From Bacteroides sp. (lineage in GTDB: Bacteria > Bacillota > Clostridia > Oscillospirales > Acutalibacteraceae): DNA of 64,000 nt. Within the stretch, counting starts at the first letter, position 1, and every line of letters starts with the position of its first letter. A model generated the notes under the pieces. That model saw nothing but the letters and a program-made list of their open reading frames with translations. It made no database searches and had not been told where the DNA came from. The translations under genes were made by a program, and so were the position numbers. Below, piece by piece: positions 51,875 to 64,000 of this stretch. The DNA is taken from contig JAMPEQ010000006.1 in NCBI GenBank assembly GCA_023665085.1, positions 79,495 through 143,494 on the forward strand, given 5' to 3'.

Positions 51875-53133
51875 TTTAATAATCCTTTATTCTCCATTTG
51901 CTGTGCGGCAAGCTTTGCGCAAATTTTTGCACTATGAAAATTAAGCCCGCCTTGTATCCATGCATAATACGGTTCTCTGATAGGCGCATCTGCAGATAGT
52001 TCAATAGATGAGCCAAGTGTAAAAGCACCCGCAGCCATAACCACCTTGCTGTCGTAACCCGGCATATCCCAAGGCTCAGGAAGTACATAGCTGTCTATCG
52101 GGCTTCCGCTTTGAATTCCTTGGCAGAATGCTACAAGACTTTCCGGATTTTCCAGTCCTAATGATTGAACAATATCATGTCTGATTTCATTATATTTAGG
52201 TGTTACATCATATCCGAAATGCTCAAACAGTGCAGATATGTATACTGCAGACTTAACTGCTTCGCCAACGGTATGCGGAGCATAGAAAAGTCCCATATAC
52301 AGCTCACGGTTATGGCCTAGTGATGCGCCAACCTCTTTACCAAGACCGGGTGTTGTCAGACGGTAAGCACATTTCTCCACAAGATTATGTCTGCCTGCTA
52401 TATATCCGCCTGTTGTAGCAATTCCGCCGCCTGCGTTTTTAATAAGAGAACCTGCAATCAGGTCTGCACCAACTTCTGTAGGCTCAAGCTTTTCTACAAA
52501 CTCACCGTAACAATTATCAACCATAACTATAACATTTGGATTTTTTTCTTTTGCAATTTTGCATATTTTTTCAATCTCAGCAACTGAAAGACTGGGCCTA
52601 AGCTCGTATCCCCTGCTTCTTTGTATGTAAACCATTGAAACAGAGTTGTCTACAGCGTCTTTAATTGCCTCGAAATCAGGCTTTTCATTTTTTAGAGGTA
52701 CTTCTTCATATTTAACACCAAAGTCTTTTAAAGAGCCCATATCTTTTCCTGTAATGCCGATTACATTATGAATTGTATCATATGGAGTACCTGTAACACA
52801 AAGCATTTTATCATCAGGACGCAGAACACCAAAAAGAGCTGTTGCAAGTGTATGAGTGCCGCAGGTAAAATTATGCCTTACCAAAGCATCCTCAGCACCG
52901 AATACCTGTGCCCACACTTTGTCCAGAGTATCTCTGCCCCTGTCGCCATAGCCGTAGCCTGTTGATGAAGCAAAATGACTTTCAGAAATACCATTATCAA
53001 TAAATGCTTTTAAAACTTTTAATTGATTATATTCTGTAATTTCATTAATATAAGCAAATTGTTCTCTGCACATTTTTAAAGCAGCTTTATCTGCCTGTTC
53101 AATTTTTTCACTGATTTTAAAGAAAGAACTCAT
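51871..53133 (-). CDS. PLP-dependent Cys/Met-metabolism enzyme of the aluminium-resistance (YnbB) family
   Basis: Methionine gamma-lyase-like fold, family-typical N-terminus (QFAYINEITEYNQLKVLKAF ... ASSTGYGYGDRGRD) and a PLP Lys region. Confidence 0.6.
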   Translation of the reverse strand: MSSFFKISEKIEQADKAALKMCREQFAYINEITEYNQLKVLKAFIDNGISESHFASSTGYGYGDRGRDTLDKVWAQVFGAEDALVRHNFTCGTHTLATALFGVLRPDDKMLCVTGTPYDTIHNVIGITGKDMGSLKDFGVKYEEVPLKNEKPDFEAIKDAVDNSVSMVYIQRSRGYELRPSLSVAEIEKICKIAKEKNPNVIVMVDNCYGEFVEKLEPTEVGADLIAGSLIKNAGGGIATTGGYIAGRHNLVEKCAYRLTTPGLGKEVGASLGHNRELYMGLFYAPHTVGEAVKSAVYISALFEHFGYDVTPKYNEIRHDIVQSLGLENPESLVAFCQGIQSGSPIDSYVLPEPWDMPGYDSKVVMAAGAFTLGSSIELSADAPIREPYYAWIQGGLNFHSAKICAKLAAQQMENKGLLK

Positions 53134-53852
53134 TTATACATTCTCCATTTTCCGATATTTTTAAATCCTAGCTTTGAGTAGAATTCTTCGTTTTTATTTT
53201 GATTTCTCATGAGATATACTGTGCCTTTTACATCGTTCAGCATGTAATTTACCAGTTTGCTTGCGTAACCCATTCTTCTGAATTCAGGATACGTCTTTAC
53301 CGATGATAATATTGCAGAGTCATTGTAAATAGATGACAGCATTGCACTTGAAACGATCTCGTTTTTTACATTAACCGAATATGCCTTAGCACAATTATGG
53401 CGAATTCGGTGGTTTACATCAACATACCAATTCTCAAAATCTGCTTCTTCATAGTCATCAAGGTTAAATAAATCCATCAGTTTTGGATATTCATCAATTG
53501 AGCAGTTTTCTAAAGGAATTTCAGCTTTCTTATTGCATGACATTATAATACCCTCTTCAAAACTGCCGTTATAAACAAATTTATCATCGGAAAGTACGGA
53601 AGTATATCCCAAAACCCTGATAAACTCTTCAATTTCGCTGAAATCGCAGTTGTTGTTATGCGAAACAGTATAATCACCATCCAACTTTGAGATTATAGCA
53701 GTTACATTGAAGTTATTGTCGTATTGGCAGTAAAATCTGGCAAAATCATACTTTGTATCATAAGCCATGAGAAGTGACTTTATTCTAATTTCAAATAAAT
53801 CATTGGTGCAAAGCTTATTAAGCTCTGCACCATTTTCAATAATTTTAATCAT
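53130..53852 (-). CDS. GNAT-family acetyltransferase-like protein
   Basis: C-terminal GNAT motif A (VKTYPEFRRMGYASKLV) and motif B (NEEFYSKLGF). Confidence 0.5.
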   Translation of the reverse strand: MIKIIENGAELNKLCTNDLFEIRIKSLLMAYDTKYDFARFYCQYDNNFNVTAIISKLDGDYTVSHNNNCDFSEIEEFIRVLGYTSVLSDDKFVYNGSFEEGIIMSCNKKAEIPLENCSIDEYPKLMDLFNLDDYEEADFENWYVDVNHRIRHNCAKAYSVNVKNEIVSSAMLSSIYNDSAILSSVKTYPEFRRMGYASKLVNYMLNDVKGTVYLMRNQNKNEEFYSKLGFKNIGKWRMYK

Positions 53853-54855
53853 ATATTTTTTCTAACAATGCTCTAATAAGCTTTCCAGTCTCGTCAATAT
53901 CACTTAATTTCACAACACTTGCAGGACTATGAATATATCTGCAGGGCAGTGATATTGCAATAACACGACAGCCTTTTCCGGCAGACTGAATTGCACCTGC
54001 ATCGTTTCCACCGGCTACAGCTGTTTTAGTCTGAATTTTTATATTATTCTTTTCAGCAAGAGAAAAAGCAAGGTTATAAAGTTCTCTGTCATATATTGTT
54101 CTTCCATCCATAAATGAAACAACAGGTCCGTTTCCAAGAACACAAACTCTGTCTCCTCCTCTTATTGAGCATAAATCAGCAGCAGTAGTTGCTTCTAAAA
54201 CAATTGAAATATCAGCACCAACTGAGTAGGCTGTGCAAGCAGATCCGCGAAGTCCTACCTCTTCCTGAACATTAAAGCAAAAGAAAGTATCATATTCCAA
54301 TTCACTTCTTATCATTTCAATCATCAGCATACAGCCGATTCTGTCATCGAGAGCCTTTGATTTAACAAAACCATTGCCGAACTCATAATAATCAGATGAA
54401 AAATAAGCATAATCACCCAAACTGATATATTCTTCAGCCTGTTTTTTATTCACCGCACCGATATCTATAAATAAGTCACTGAATTTTGGTGAGGTTTCCT
54501 TTTCGTTATCAGAAAGCTGGTGAACAGGTTTCATTCCGATAACACCATCTATATTATTTATTTTTACAGCTCTGTCCAGACATACTTTTGTATCAATTCC
54601 GCCGACAGCATTAAATTTAAGATAGCCGTCATCAGTAATGCTTGTGATAATAAAACCAACTTCATCCATATGAGCAGAAATCATTATTTTTTTATCAGGC
54701 GTTTTTTTGCCTTTTTTTAAAGCAATAATTGAACCGAGATTATCAATACTGTACTCACAAAAGCCTTTAATTTTACTTATAATATAATCGGCTACAGATT
54801 TTTCGTCACCTGATGTTCCGTTAAGCAAGCATAATTCCTTAAGCATTGACCTCAC
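53845..54855 (-). CDS. M42 family aminopeptidase (FrvX/YsdC-like)
   Basis: LNGTSGDE N-terminus. HxDExG metal site (SAHMDEVGF). Downstream Asp/Glu/His ligands. Confidence 0.75.
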   Translation of the reverse strand: MRSMLKELCLLNGTSGDEKSVADYIISKIKGFCEYSIDNLGSIIALKKGKKTPDKKIMISAHMDEVGFIITSITDDGYLKFNAVGGIDTKVCLDRAVKINNIDGVIGMKPVHQLSDNEKETSPKFSDLFIDIGAVNKKQAEEYISLGDYAYFSSDYYEFGNGFVKSKALDDRIGCMLMIEMIRSELEYDTFFCFNVQEEVGLRGSACTAYSVGADISIVLEATTAADLCSIRGGDRVCVLGNGPVVSFMDGRTIYDRELYNLAFSLAEKNNIKIQTKTAVAGGNDAGAIQSAGKGCRVIAISLPCRYIHSPASVVKLSDIDETGKLIRALLEKIYD

Positions 54856-55858
54856 CTACTCTCTTTTTGATATATTCACAGATGAGCTTTGAAACAGCCT
54901 CTACATCGTTTGTATCAACAACCTCAACGCTTTGGTGCATGTATTTTTCCGGTATTGATATTAAAGCTGTTTTTATGCCTTGCTCACTTATTGAGATCAT
55001 ATCAGCATTTGTGCCTGTTTTTCCGTTCATTATCTCACATTGATAGCTGATATTCTGTTCTTCAGCAGTCTCAACAAGTGATTTTGACATAGTTTTATCA
55101 AGTATAGGAGAAAAGCCTATCATAGCTCCTGCACCAATTTTTCCACATTCGTCAGAATCACAGCCGGGAGTATATGCAAAAGATACATCTACTGATATTG
55201 CTTCATTAACATCTTTTCCGTATGCTCCTGTCTTTGCGCCTCTTGTTCCTACCTCCTCCTGTGAAGAGAACAGAACAGTGATTTTGCATGGAATTTTCTT
55301 TAATTCATCAATACACATTAGAATCGATGCAACACCTGATCTGTCATCAAGGCATGAAGATGAAATCTGAGAGTTAAGAAGCTCAGTAAAATTACGTTTA
55401 AATATAATTCTGTCACCAAGTGAAATTTTATTTTCAAGCTCAATTTTTGTATATCCTGTATCTATTGATAAATCACTGAGTTTTGGTGCTTTATTATGCT
55501 CATCATCACTTTGAAGATGAGGAGGTTTTGTACTGATAATACCATTTATGCGCTCTTTTCCGAGAATTTCGACCTCAAATGCAGGCAGTTTTCTTAAATC
55601 TATACCTCCGCATTTTTCGAATTTTACAAATCCGTCGTCAGTAATATCTGTTACGATAAGTCCGACTTCGTCAATATGTGCATCAAGAAGAAAGTGATAT
55701 CCTTCTCCAAATGTGCATATAACATTATTCATTGCATCTGTTTCGACTTTTCCATATTTTGAAAGCTTGTCAGTAAGCAGGGCGGAAATTTCATTTTCAG
55801 CACCTGAAACACCTACGGCAGATGTAAGTTCTTTTAAAAGTTTTGCAGTATTATTCAT
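54839..55858 (-). CDS. M42 family aminopeptidase, second paralog
   Basis: AHIDEVGL metal site. Clearly related to the neighbouring M42 gene, suggesting a tandem duplication. Confidence 0.75.
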   Translation of the reverse strand: MNNTAKLLKELTSAVGVSGAENEISALLTDKLSKYGKVETDAMNNVICTFGEGYHFLLDAHIDEVGLIVTDITDDGFVKFEKCGGIDLRKLPAFEVEILGKERINGIISTKPPHLQSDDEHNKAPKLSDLSIDTGYTKIELENKISLGDRIIFKRNFTELLNSQISSSCLDDRSGVASILMCIDELKKIPCKITVLFSSQEEVGTRGAKTGAYGKDVNEAISVDVSFAYTPGCDSDECGKIGAGAMIGFSPILDKTMSKSLVETAEEQNISYQCEIMNGKTGTNADMISISEQGIKTALISIPEKYMHQSVEVVDTNDVEAVSKLICEYIKKRVGEVNA

Positions 55859-57289
55859 TTATTCACCAAATCCATTTACAAGTTCTTTAAATTTTTTTCC
55901 TCTGTATTCAAAGGTTTTAAATTGATCAAATGCAGGGCATGCTGGGCAAAGAGAAACAATGTCACCTTTTTCGGATAATTCTTTAGCTTTCTGCACCGCC
56001 TGTTCAAGATTGTCAACACAAATTACCTTTAATCCTGATTTTTTAAATCCATCAAAATTTGTAACAGTCTCATAAATTTTCTGAGCAGTATCTCCGTTTA
56101 ATATCAAATATTTAACATATTTAAGTATGTCGGGCATCATTTCACTCATGTCATTACCTTTATCAGATCCTCCCATAATGACATTTATCTTCCTTCCAAA
56201 AGCCCTCAGTCCGCTTATAACTCTTGAAGGCGAAGTAGCAATGGAGTCGTTATAATATCTTACACCATTATATTCTCTTACAAATTCTATTCTGTGCTCA
56301 ACACCGCCAAAAGTTTTGGCAATATTCTTAATAACATCGATATCAACTATTCCCCAGACTGCAGAAATTGCTGTGCAGTAGTTTTCAATATTATGTGAGC
56401 CCGGAATAATTATATCATCCTTGTTCATTACATATGTTTCTTTATTATCAGAAGCATATACTATATCACCGTTTTCTTTCATATAGGCACCGCGTTTAAC
56501 AGGATGCTTTATAGAAAATTCAGATAATTCACCTCGTACATCAAAACGCATATCATGATAAACTCGGTTTCCTATACTGTAATCACAGTCTGCATTCAAA
56601 ATTGTTCTGCACTCTGCATTTTGATAAATTAAAATGTTTCTTTTTGCATCAACATATTCATCAAGACTGATGTGATGATCCTGATGGGTGCATTCGATAT
56701 TTGTTACAACAGCAATATCAGGTGAATTAACCAGATTTCCCATTGTTAAAAGCTGAAATGATGATAGCTCAACAACGGCAATATCATCCTCGGTTATGCT
56801 TTCAAGCTCAGGCATTAATGCCTTGCCTATATTACCGCCTAAATAAACCTTATTACCCTGTGCTTCAAGCATTTTTGCTATCAGGGTAGTAGTTGTTGTT
56901 TTTCCGTTAGAGCCTGTAACAGCAAATATTTCTGCAGGACAAAGATTAAAAAACACTTCCATTTCTGTAGTAACCTTTTGTCCGCGTTCGATACATTCAC
57001 TAATCCATGTGTTCTGAAATGGTAGTATTCCGTGGGATCGGAATATTAAATCCATGTCGGGAAGAACATTCAGATAGTTTTCTCCAAGTGAGAATTTAAC
57101 ACCGAGTTTTTCGAGCTTGTCGCAAATATCCTTTCCGATATACTCTTTGTCTCTTTTATCACAGGCATAAACCTCAATTCCGTACTTTGCCAAAAACTCA
57201 GCACAAGGTACATTTGCTACGCCCATTCCGACAAATGCTATTTTTTTACCTATAAGATTGTCAAAAAATTCTTTTGCTTTTATATTCAT
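55859..57289 (-). CDS. murD: UDP-N-acetylmuramoylalanine--D-glutamate ligase (Mur ligase family, MurD-like)
   Basis: N-terminal Rossmann-like GMGVAN. Mur ligase P-loop (VTGSNGKTTTT). C-terminal Mur ligase domain. It lies outside a dcw cluster. Confidence 0.6.
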   Translation of the reverse strand: MNIKAKEFFDNLIGKKIAFVGMGVANVPCAEFLAKYGIEVYACDKRDKEYIGKDICDKLEKLGVKFSLGENYLNVLPDMDLIFRSHGILPFQNTWISECIERGQKVTTEMEVFFNLCPAEIFAVTGSNGKTTTTTLIAKMLEAQGNKVYLGGNIGKALMPELESITEDDIAVVELSSFQLLTMGNLVNSPDIAVVTNIECTHQDHHISLDEYVDAKRNILIYQNAECRTILNADCDYSIGNRVYHDMRFDVRGELSEFSIKHPVKRGAYMKENGDIVYASDNKETYVMNKDDIIIPGSHNIENYCTAISAVWGIVDIDVIKNIAKTFGGVEHRIEFVREYNGVRYYNDSIATSPSRVISGLRAFGRKINVIMGGSDKGNDMSEMMPDILKYVKYLILNGDTAQKIYETVTNFDGFKKSGLKVICVDNLEQAVQKAKELSEKGDIVSLCPACPAFDQFKTFEYRGKKFKELVNGFGE

Positions 57290-57299
57290 AATCGCTCCT

Positions 57300-60118
<2,819 letters not shown>

Positions 60119-60167
60119 TTAATTAAAATTAGTTTATCACAATAATTTTAATTAATCAATAATAATA

Positions 60168-60203
60168 TAAACAAAAACAAGACTTACTTTTTGAACAGTA
60201 AGC
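60168..60203 (-). terminator. terminator after tyrS (minus strand)
   Basis: CTTACT-(8 nt)-AGTAAG stem with a + strand A-run, which is the T-run on the minus strand. Confidence 0.4.
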
Positions 60204-60228
60204 CTTGCATCTCAGTTATTATTTAAAT

Positions 60229-61449
60229 TTATTTTACAAACTTTCTAAACATTTTTTTACCTTTTTTTATGATTACTTCATCTGAAAAATCATCTGCGCA
60301 AAGAGTCATATAAATATCAGTAACCTTCTCGTTATTGACACTCACACCGCCTTGTTCAATCAGTCTTCGGCCCTCACCTTTTGATTTAATCATGCCTGAA
60401 TTAACCATCATATCAAGCACAGCAATTTTTCCATCTGTAAAATCATTATCAGTAAGCTCAGTTGTAGGCATATTTGAATTATCTGCACCGCCTGAGAAAA
60501 GCGCTTTTGCTGCAGACTGTGCTTTTTCAGCCTCTTCCTCACCATGAATCATTTTTGTAAGCTCATATGCAAGCACTTCCTTAACGCTGTTGAGCTGAGC
60601 ACCCTCAAATTTTTCATACTCACGAATTTGATCCATAGGTATAAATGTAAGAAGCTTCATGCACTTGATTACATCCTGATCACCTACATTGCGCCAGTAC
60701 TGGTAAAATTCATAAGGAGAAGTCTTTTCTGCGTCGAGCCATACTGCTCCTTTTTCTGTTTTACCCATTTTTTTGCCTTCAGAATTAGTAAGTAAAGTAA
60801 TTGTGAGCGCATTTGCATTACCTGACAGCTTTCTTCTGATAAGCTCCATACCGCCAATCATGTTTGACCACTGATCGTCACCGCCGAACTGAAGATTACA
60901 CCCGTATTTCTTATAGAGTGTGTAAAAGTCGTAGCTCTGCATAATCATATAGTTAAATTCAAGGAATGAGAGTCCTCTTTCCATTCTTTGCTTATAACAT
61001 TCAAAGCTAAGCATTCTGTTTACACTGAAGCAAGCACCTACTTCACGCAGTACCTCAATATAATTTAAATCAAGAAGCCAGTCAGCATTATTAACCATAA
61101 GCGCCTTATCATCACTGAAATCGATAAACTTTGACATCTGTTTTTTGAAACAGTCACAGTTATGCTGAATTGTTTCCTTTGTCATCATTTTTCTCATATC
61201 GGATTTACCACTAGGATCACCGATCATGCCTGTTCCGCCGCCAATAAGTGCAATTGGTTTATTGCCTGCCATTTGCAGTCTCTTCATAAGACATAGTGCC
61301 ATGAAGTGACCTACATGCAAGCTATCAGCAGTAGGATCAAAGCCAATATAGAATACCGCCTTACCTGAATTAACTAATTCTCTTATTTCATTTTCATCCG
61401 TTACCTGAGCTATTAATCCTCTTTCCTGCAGCTCTTCGTAAACACCCAT
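60229..61449 (-). CDS. tyrS: tyrosyl-tRNA synthetase
   Basis: Class I HIGH (HVGH) and KMSKS (KMGKT) motifs with a C-terminal S4-like domain. No T-box is visible; the upstream gap is only about 105 nt. Confidence 0.9.
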   Translation of the reverse strand: MGVYEELQERGLIAQVTDENEIRELVNSGKAVFYIGFDPTADSLHVGHFMALCLMKRLQMAGNKPIALIGGGTGMIGDPSGKSDMRKMMTKETIQHNCDCFKKQMSKFIDFSDDKALMVNNADWLLDLNYIEVLREVGACFSVNRMLSFECYKQRMERGLSFLEFNYMIMQSYDFYTLYKKYGCNLQFGGDDQWSNMIGGMELIRRKLSGNANALTITLLTNSEGKKMGKTEKGAVWLDAEKTSPYEFYQYWRNVGDQDVIKCMKLLTFIPMDQIREYEKFEGAQLNSVKEVLAYELTKMIHGEEEAEKAQSAAKALFSGGADNSNMPTTELTDNDFTDGKIAVLDMMVNSGMIKSKGEGRRLIEQGGVSVNNEKVTDIYMTLCADDFSDEVIIKKGKKMFRKFVK

Positions 61450-61555
61450 TTATATTTTCCTCCTGAAATCTATATAATAACATTAACTAATAAATTTGAC
61501 TTAAACAGGCACACAAGTTCCGTTTTTTATTTTTTCTTCAATATTTATTCCCATA

Positions 61556-63205
61556 TCAGTTGTTCAAAAGTTCCTCAGCACTTTTTAGCAGTGCATCAGT
61601 AACTTCAAGTCCGCCCATAATTCTTGCAAGCTCAAGCTTTCTTTCTTCAAAATCAAGCGGTTTTACTTTAGTAAAGGTCTGATTTTTATTATATTCTTTT
61701 TTGATAAGAAAATGACTGTCAGCATTTGAAGCAATCTGTGCAGAATGGGTAACACATATAACCTGTGTGCTATCAGAAACAGATTTCAGCTTCAAACCTA
61801 TTTTCTGACTGGCTCTTCCGCTTACTCCTGTATCTATTTCATCAAATATCAATGTACTGATTGTATCATTGTACGCTAAAATATTTTTAATTGCAAGCAT
61901 TATTCTTGACAATTCACCACCGGACGCAATTTTAGCAAGAGGTTTAGGCGGTTCACCCGGATTTGTTGATATAAGAAATTCAATAACATCGTATCCATTT
62001 GAGGTAAGCTTGCCCTTATCAAAGCTCACTACAAACTGAAGTTTCGGCATATCAAGATACTCAAGTTCTGCTTTAACCTTTTTCTCAAATTCCTTAGCAG
62101 TTTCTTTTCTTATTTCAGACAGTTTATCTGCAAGCAGAACAGTTTTTTCAAGCATTTCATCATACTGTAAATTCAGCTTTTCAAATTCTTCATCACAATA
62201 TATGATTGAATCCCTTTCTTTTTTTGCATTTTCAAGATAGTCAAGCATTTCCTGCTCGGAAGTGCCATATTTATTGGAAAATCGGTATAACAAATCCAGT
62301 CTTTCTTCAACCACTTCCAACTCATTTACATCAAAATTAATGTTTGCGAGAGTTAATTCAATTTTATCCTTTGCCTCTTCAATCTTATCATTAATATCGG
62401 AATAAATGCTGTAAATATCTTTTATTTCATCAAAGCTGTATATGCTGTTTGCTGCACTGTTTATGAGAGTCTGCGCTCCTACTGCCTCATCATCGCCGTT
62501 AATTGAATTTAAGGCAATGTTAAGTGCATTTGATATTGCTTCGCTTTTTTGAATAAGGTTTCTCCTTTTTATTAACTCATCTCTCTCGCCTGCTTTTATA
62601 TCGGCTTCCTCCAACTCATTAATTTGAAATTCAAGCAATTCAAGCCGGTGCTCTTTATCACTTTCATCAGCAGTTAATTTTTTCAGCTTTCTTCTGACAG
62701 CAATCAATTCTTTAAAAGAATTTTTATATTCAGTTTTAATATCATTGTTATTAATCAACATATCAACATACTGATATTGATAGTCAGGATTAAGCAATGC
62801 CTGACTGTCATGCTGACCATGTATATTGACTAACAGAGAGCCTATTTCCTTAAGCATTGAAACGGTAGCAGCTTTTCCGTTTATTCTGCATACCGACTTA
62901 CCATTACTGCTGATTCTTCGTGTGAGCAGTAATGATTTATCATCTTCGGTATTGAAATCAAGCTCCTTCAGTTTATATATTACATTGTCAGAAATATCCT
63001 CAAAATAAGCACTGACATAAGCATTATCAGCACCGTGACGCACTAATTCCTTTGAGGTTCGCTCACCAAGAATTGCATTAATTGAATCAACTACTATTGA
63101 TTTACCTGCACCAGTTTCACCGGTAAGAACATTTAATCCTCTTGAAAAATCAACTGTTGTTTTTTCAATAACAGCAATATTTTCGATATCAAGACCTTTT
63201 AACAT
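61556..63205 (-). CDS. recN: DNA repair protein RecN
   Basis: SMC-like N-terminal Walker A (GETGAGKS), a long coiled coil, and C-terminal signature/Walker B motifs. Follows argR, as in Bacillus. Confidence 0.85.
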   Translation of the reverse strand: MLKGLDIENIAVIEKTTVDFSRGLNVLTGETGAGKSIVVDSINAILGERTSKELVRHGADNAYVSAYFEDISDNVIYKLKELDFNTEDDKSLLLTRRISSNGKSVCRINGKAATVSMLKEIGSLLVNIHGQHDSQALLNPDYQYQYVDMLINNNDIKTEYKNSFKELIAVRRKLKKLTADESDKEHRLELLEFQINELEEADIKAGERDELIKRRNLIQKSEAISNALNIALNSINGDDEAVGAQTLINSAANSIYSFDEIKDIYSIYSDINDKIEEAKDKIELTLANINFDVNELEVVEERLDLLYRFSNKYGTSEQEMLDYLENAKKERDSIIYCDEEFEKLNLQYDEMLEKTVLLADKLSEIRKETAKEFEKKVKAELEYLDMPKLQFVVSFDKGKLTSNGYDVIEFLISTNPGEPPKPLAKIASGGELSRIMLAIKNILAYNDTISTLIFDEIDTGVSGRASQKIGLKLKSVSDSTQVICVTHSAQIASNADSHFLIKKEYNKNQTFTKVKPLDFEERKLELARIMGGLEVTDALLKSAEELLNN

Positions 63206-63650
63206 TTAAAATTTTCCCCATATTCATAGTGAATATTTTTGCAAAGTCCTCTGTTTTGCAGAGAACAAAAATTGTATCGTCACCGGAAATTGTTCCGACA
63301 ACGCCTGTCCATTCCATAGAATCTATAGCAGTGCATACTGCAACAGCCATTCCGGGAAAGCATTTAATGCATACAGTATTTAATGCATAATCCACACTTA
63401 CTATTGAGTCTGCAAAAATTCCGCCTGTTCTTTTAATTGCCTCTGATGATGATTTTTTCCCTGTTGAATAGATATATCGTCCTTTGTCAGAAAGCTCCTT
63501 AACAAGCCGAAGCTCTTTGATATCTCTTGAAATTGTAGCCTGTGTAACTTCAAAACCATTTTTTAAGAGATATGTCTGCAATTCCTCTTGCGTTTCAATA
63601 TCGTTAGAATTAATCAACTCCAGTATCCTGGCATGTCTTCTTTTTTTCAT
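63189..63650 (-). CDS. argR: arginine repressor
   Basis: Winged-helix N-terminus (QEELQTYL...GFEVTQATISRDIKEL) and a C-terminal oligomerisation/arginine-binding domain (GTIAGDDT). Confidence 0.85.
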   Translation of the reverse strand: MKKRRHARILELINSNDIETQEELQTYLLKNGFEVTQATISRDIKELRLVKELSDKGRYIYSTGKKSSSEAIKRTGGIFADSIVSVDYALNTVCIKCFPGMAVAVCTAIDSMEWTGVVGTISGDDTIFVLCKTEDFAKIFTMNMGKILNVKRS

Positions 63651-64000
63651 TATACTCTCCTCTCAATGAGCTTCTTATTCAATATCTCGTAGAAGTTTTC
63701 AGGCTTTAATTTAATAAGTTTCGTTACAGTGGTTGAGGAAGTTAGTTTAACTATATTCCCCTCGCATAAATCAAAACCCGCTTGACCGTCAACTGTCAGC
63801 ACTGAATTGTTATTTTGGTCATTGCTGATAGAAATAATAAGCTCATTATCTGTTGAAAAAATTATACTTCTCGCCATAAGTGAATGAGGGCAAATAGGTG
63901 TAGCAATTATGCAGTCCGCATTCGGACTTACTACAGGACCTCCTGCGGCCATTGAATATGCCGTAGAGCCGGTAGGAGTAGAAATTATAACGCCGTCAGC
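63650..64000 (-). CDS. nadK: NAD kinase (C-terminal part; gene continues beyond the window)
   Basis: C-terminal NAD kinase motifs (DG.IISTPTGSTAYS, GGP...P). nadK, argR, recN order matches Bacillus. Confidence 0.7.
   Translation of the reverse strand, partial: ADGVIISTPTGSTAYSMAAGGPVVSPNADCIIATPICPHSLMARSIIFSTDNELIISISNDQNNNSVLTVDGQAGFDLCEGNIVKLTSSTTVTKLIKLKPENFYEILNKKLIERRV

Noticed and set aside
61450-61555. Expected a Tyr T-box leader upstream of tyrS
   Set aside because: Only about 105 nt separate the tyrS start from the recN stop. There is no T-box sequence, AG box or antiterminator/terminator pair, so tyrS here is probably read through from recN or uses a short unregulated leader.

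Overview
This 64-kb window is a low-GC (roughly one-third G+C, by eye) Firmicutes/Clostridia core chromosomal segment. It is densely packed with housekeeping genes in arrangements that match Bacillus/Clostridium synteny, and every call is by motif reading only. On the + strand: rsmB, rlmN, stp(prpC), prkC, rsgA and thiN with no rpe; then a spoIVA locus preceded by an unusual Cys-rich gene; pgi; yceD and rpmF; der and plsY; recA and recX; rimO and pgsA; a Cys T-box leader ahead of cysE and cysS; queA, tgt and yajC with a two-gene insertion between queA and tgt; and two tRNA-Leu genes. On the - strand: asd, dapA and dapB; xerD; radA and cwlD; spoIIR; yigZ; rpmE; addA and addB; a block of DUF2461, AluR-family, GNAT, two M42 peptidases, murD, a membrane protein and ligA; then tyrS, recN, argR and a partial nadK. 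Sporulation genes are numerous: spoIVA, cwlD, spoIIR, a dacF/dacB-like carboxypeptidase and a SpoIIM-like membrane protein. I saw no CRISPR array, IS element, prophage or identifiable defence island. The most unusual content is modest and falls into four places. First, a pair of tiny peptide ORFs, a nested-palindrome promoter region and a 497-aa Cys-rich protein that abuts spoIVA (stop 1 nt before the track ORF start), which is a candidate new spore-coat/morphogenesis module. Second, an atypical kinase-like protein plus an N-terminally extended GNAT inserted into the otherwise conserved queA-tgt operon. Third, an orphan small P-loop protein. Fourth, a beta-helix lipoprotein at the tRNA-Leu locus. 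Where the ORF track opened on TTG or GTG, I moved the start to the nearest ATG with a ribosome-binding site. Positions that I counted by hand may be off by one or two.
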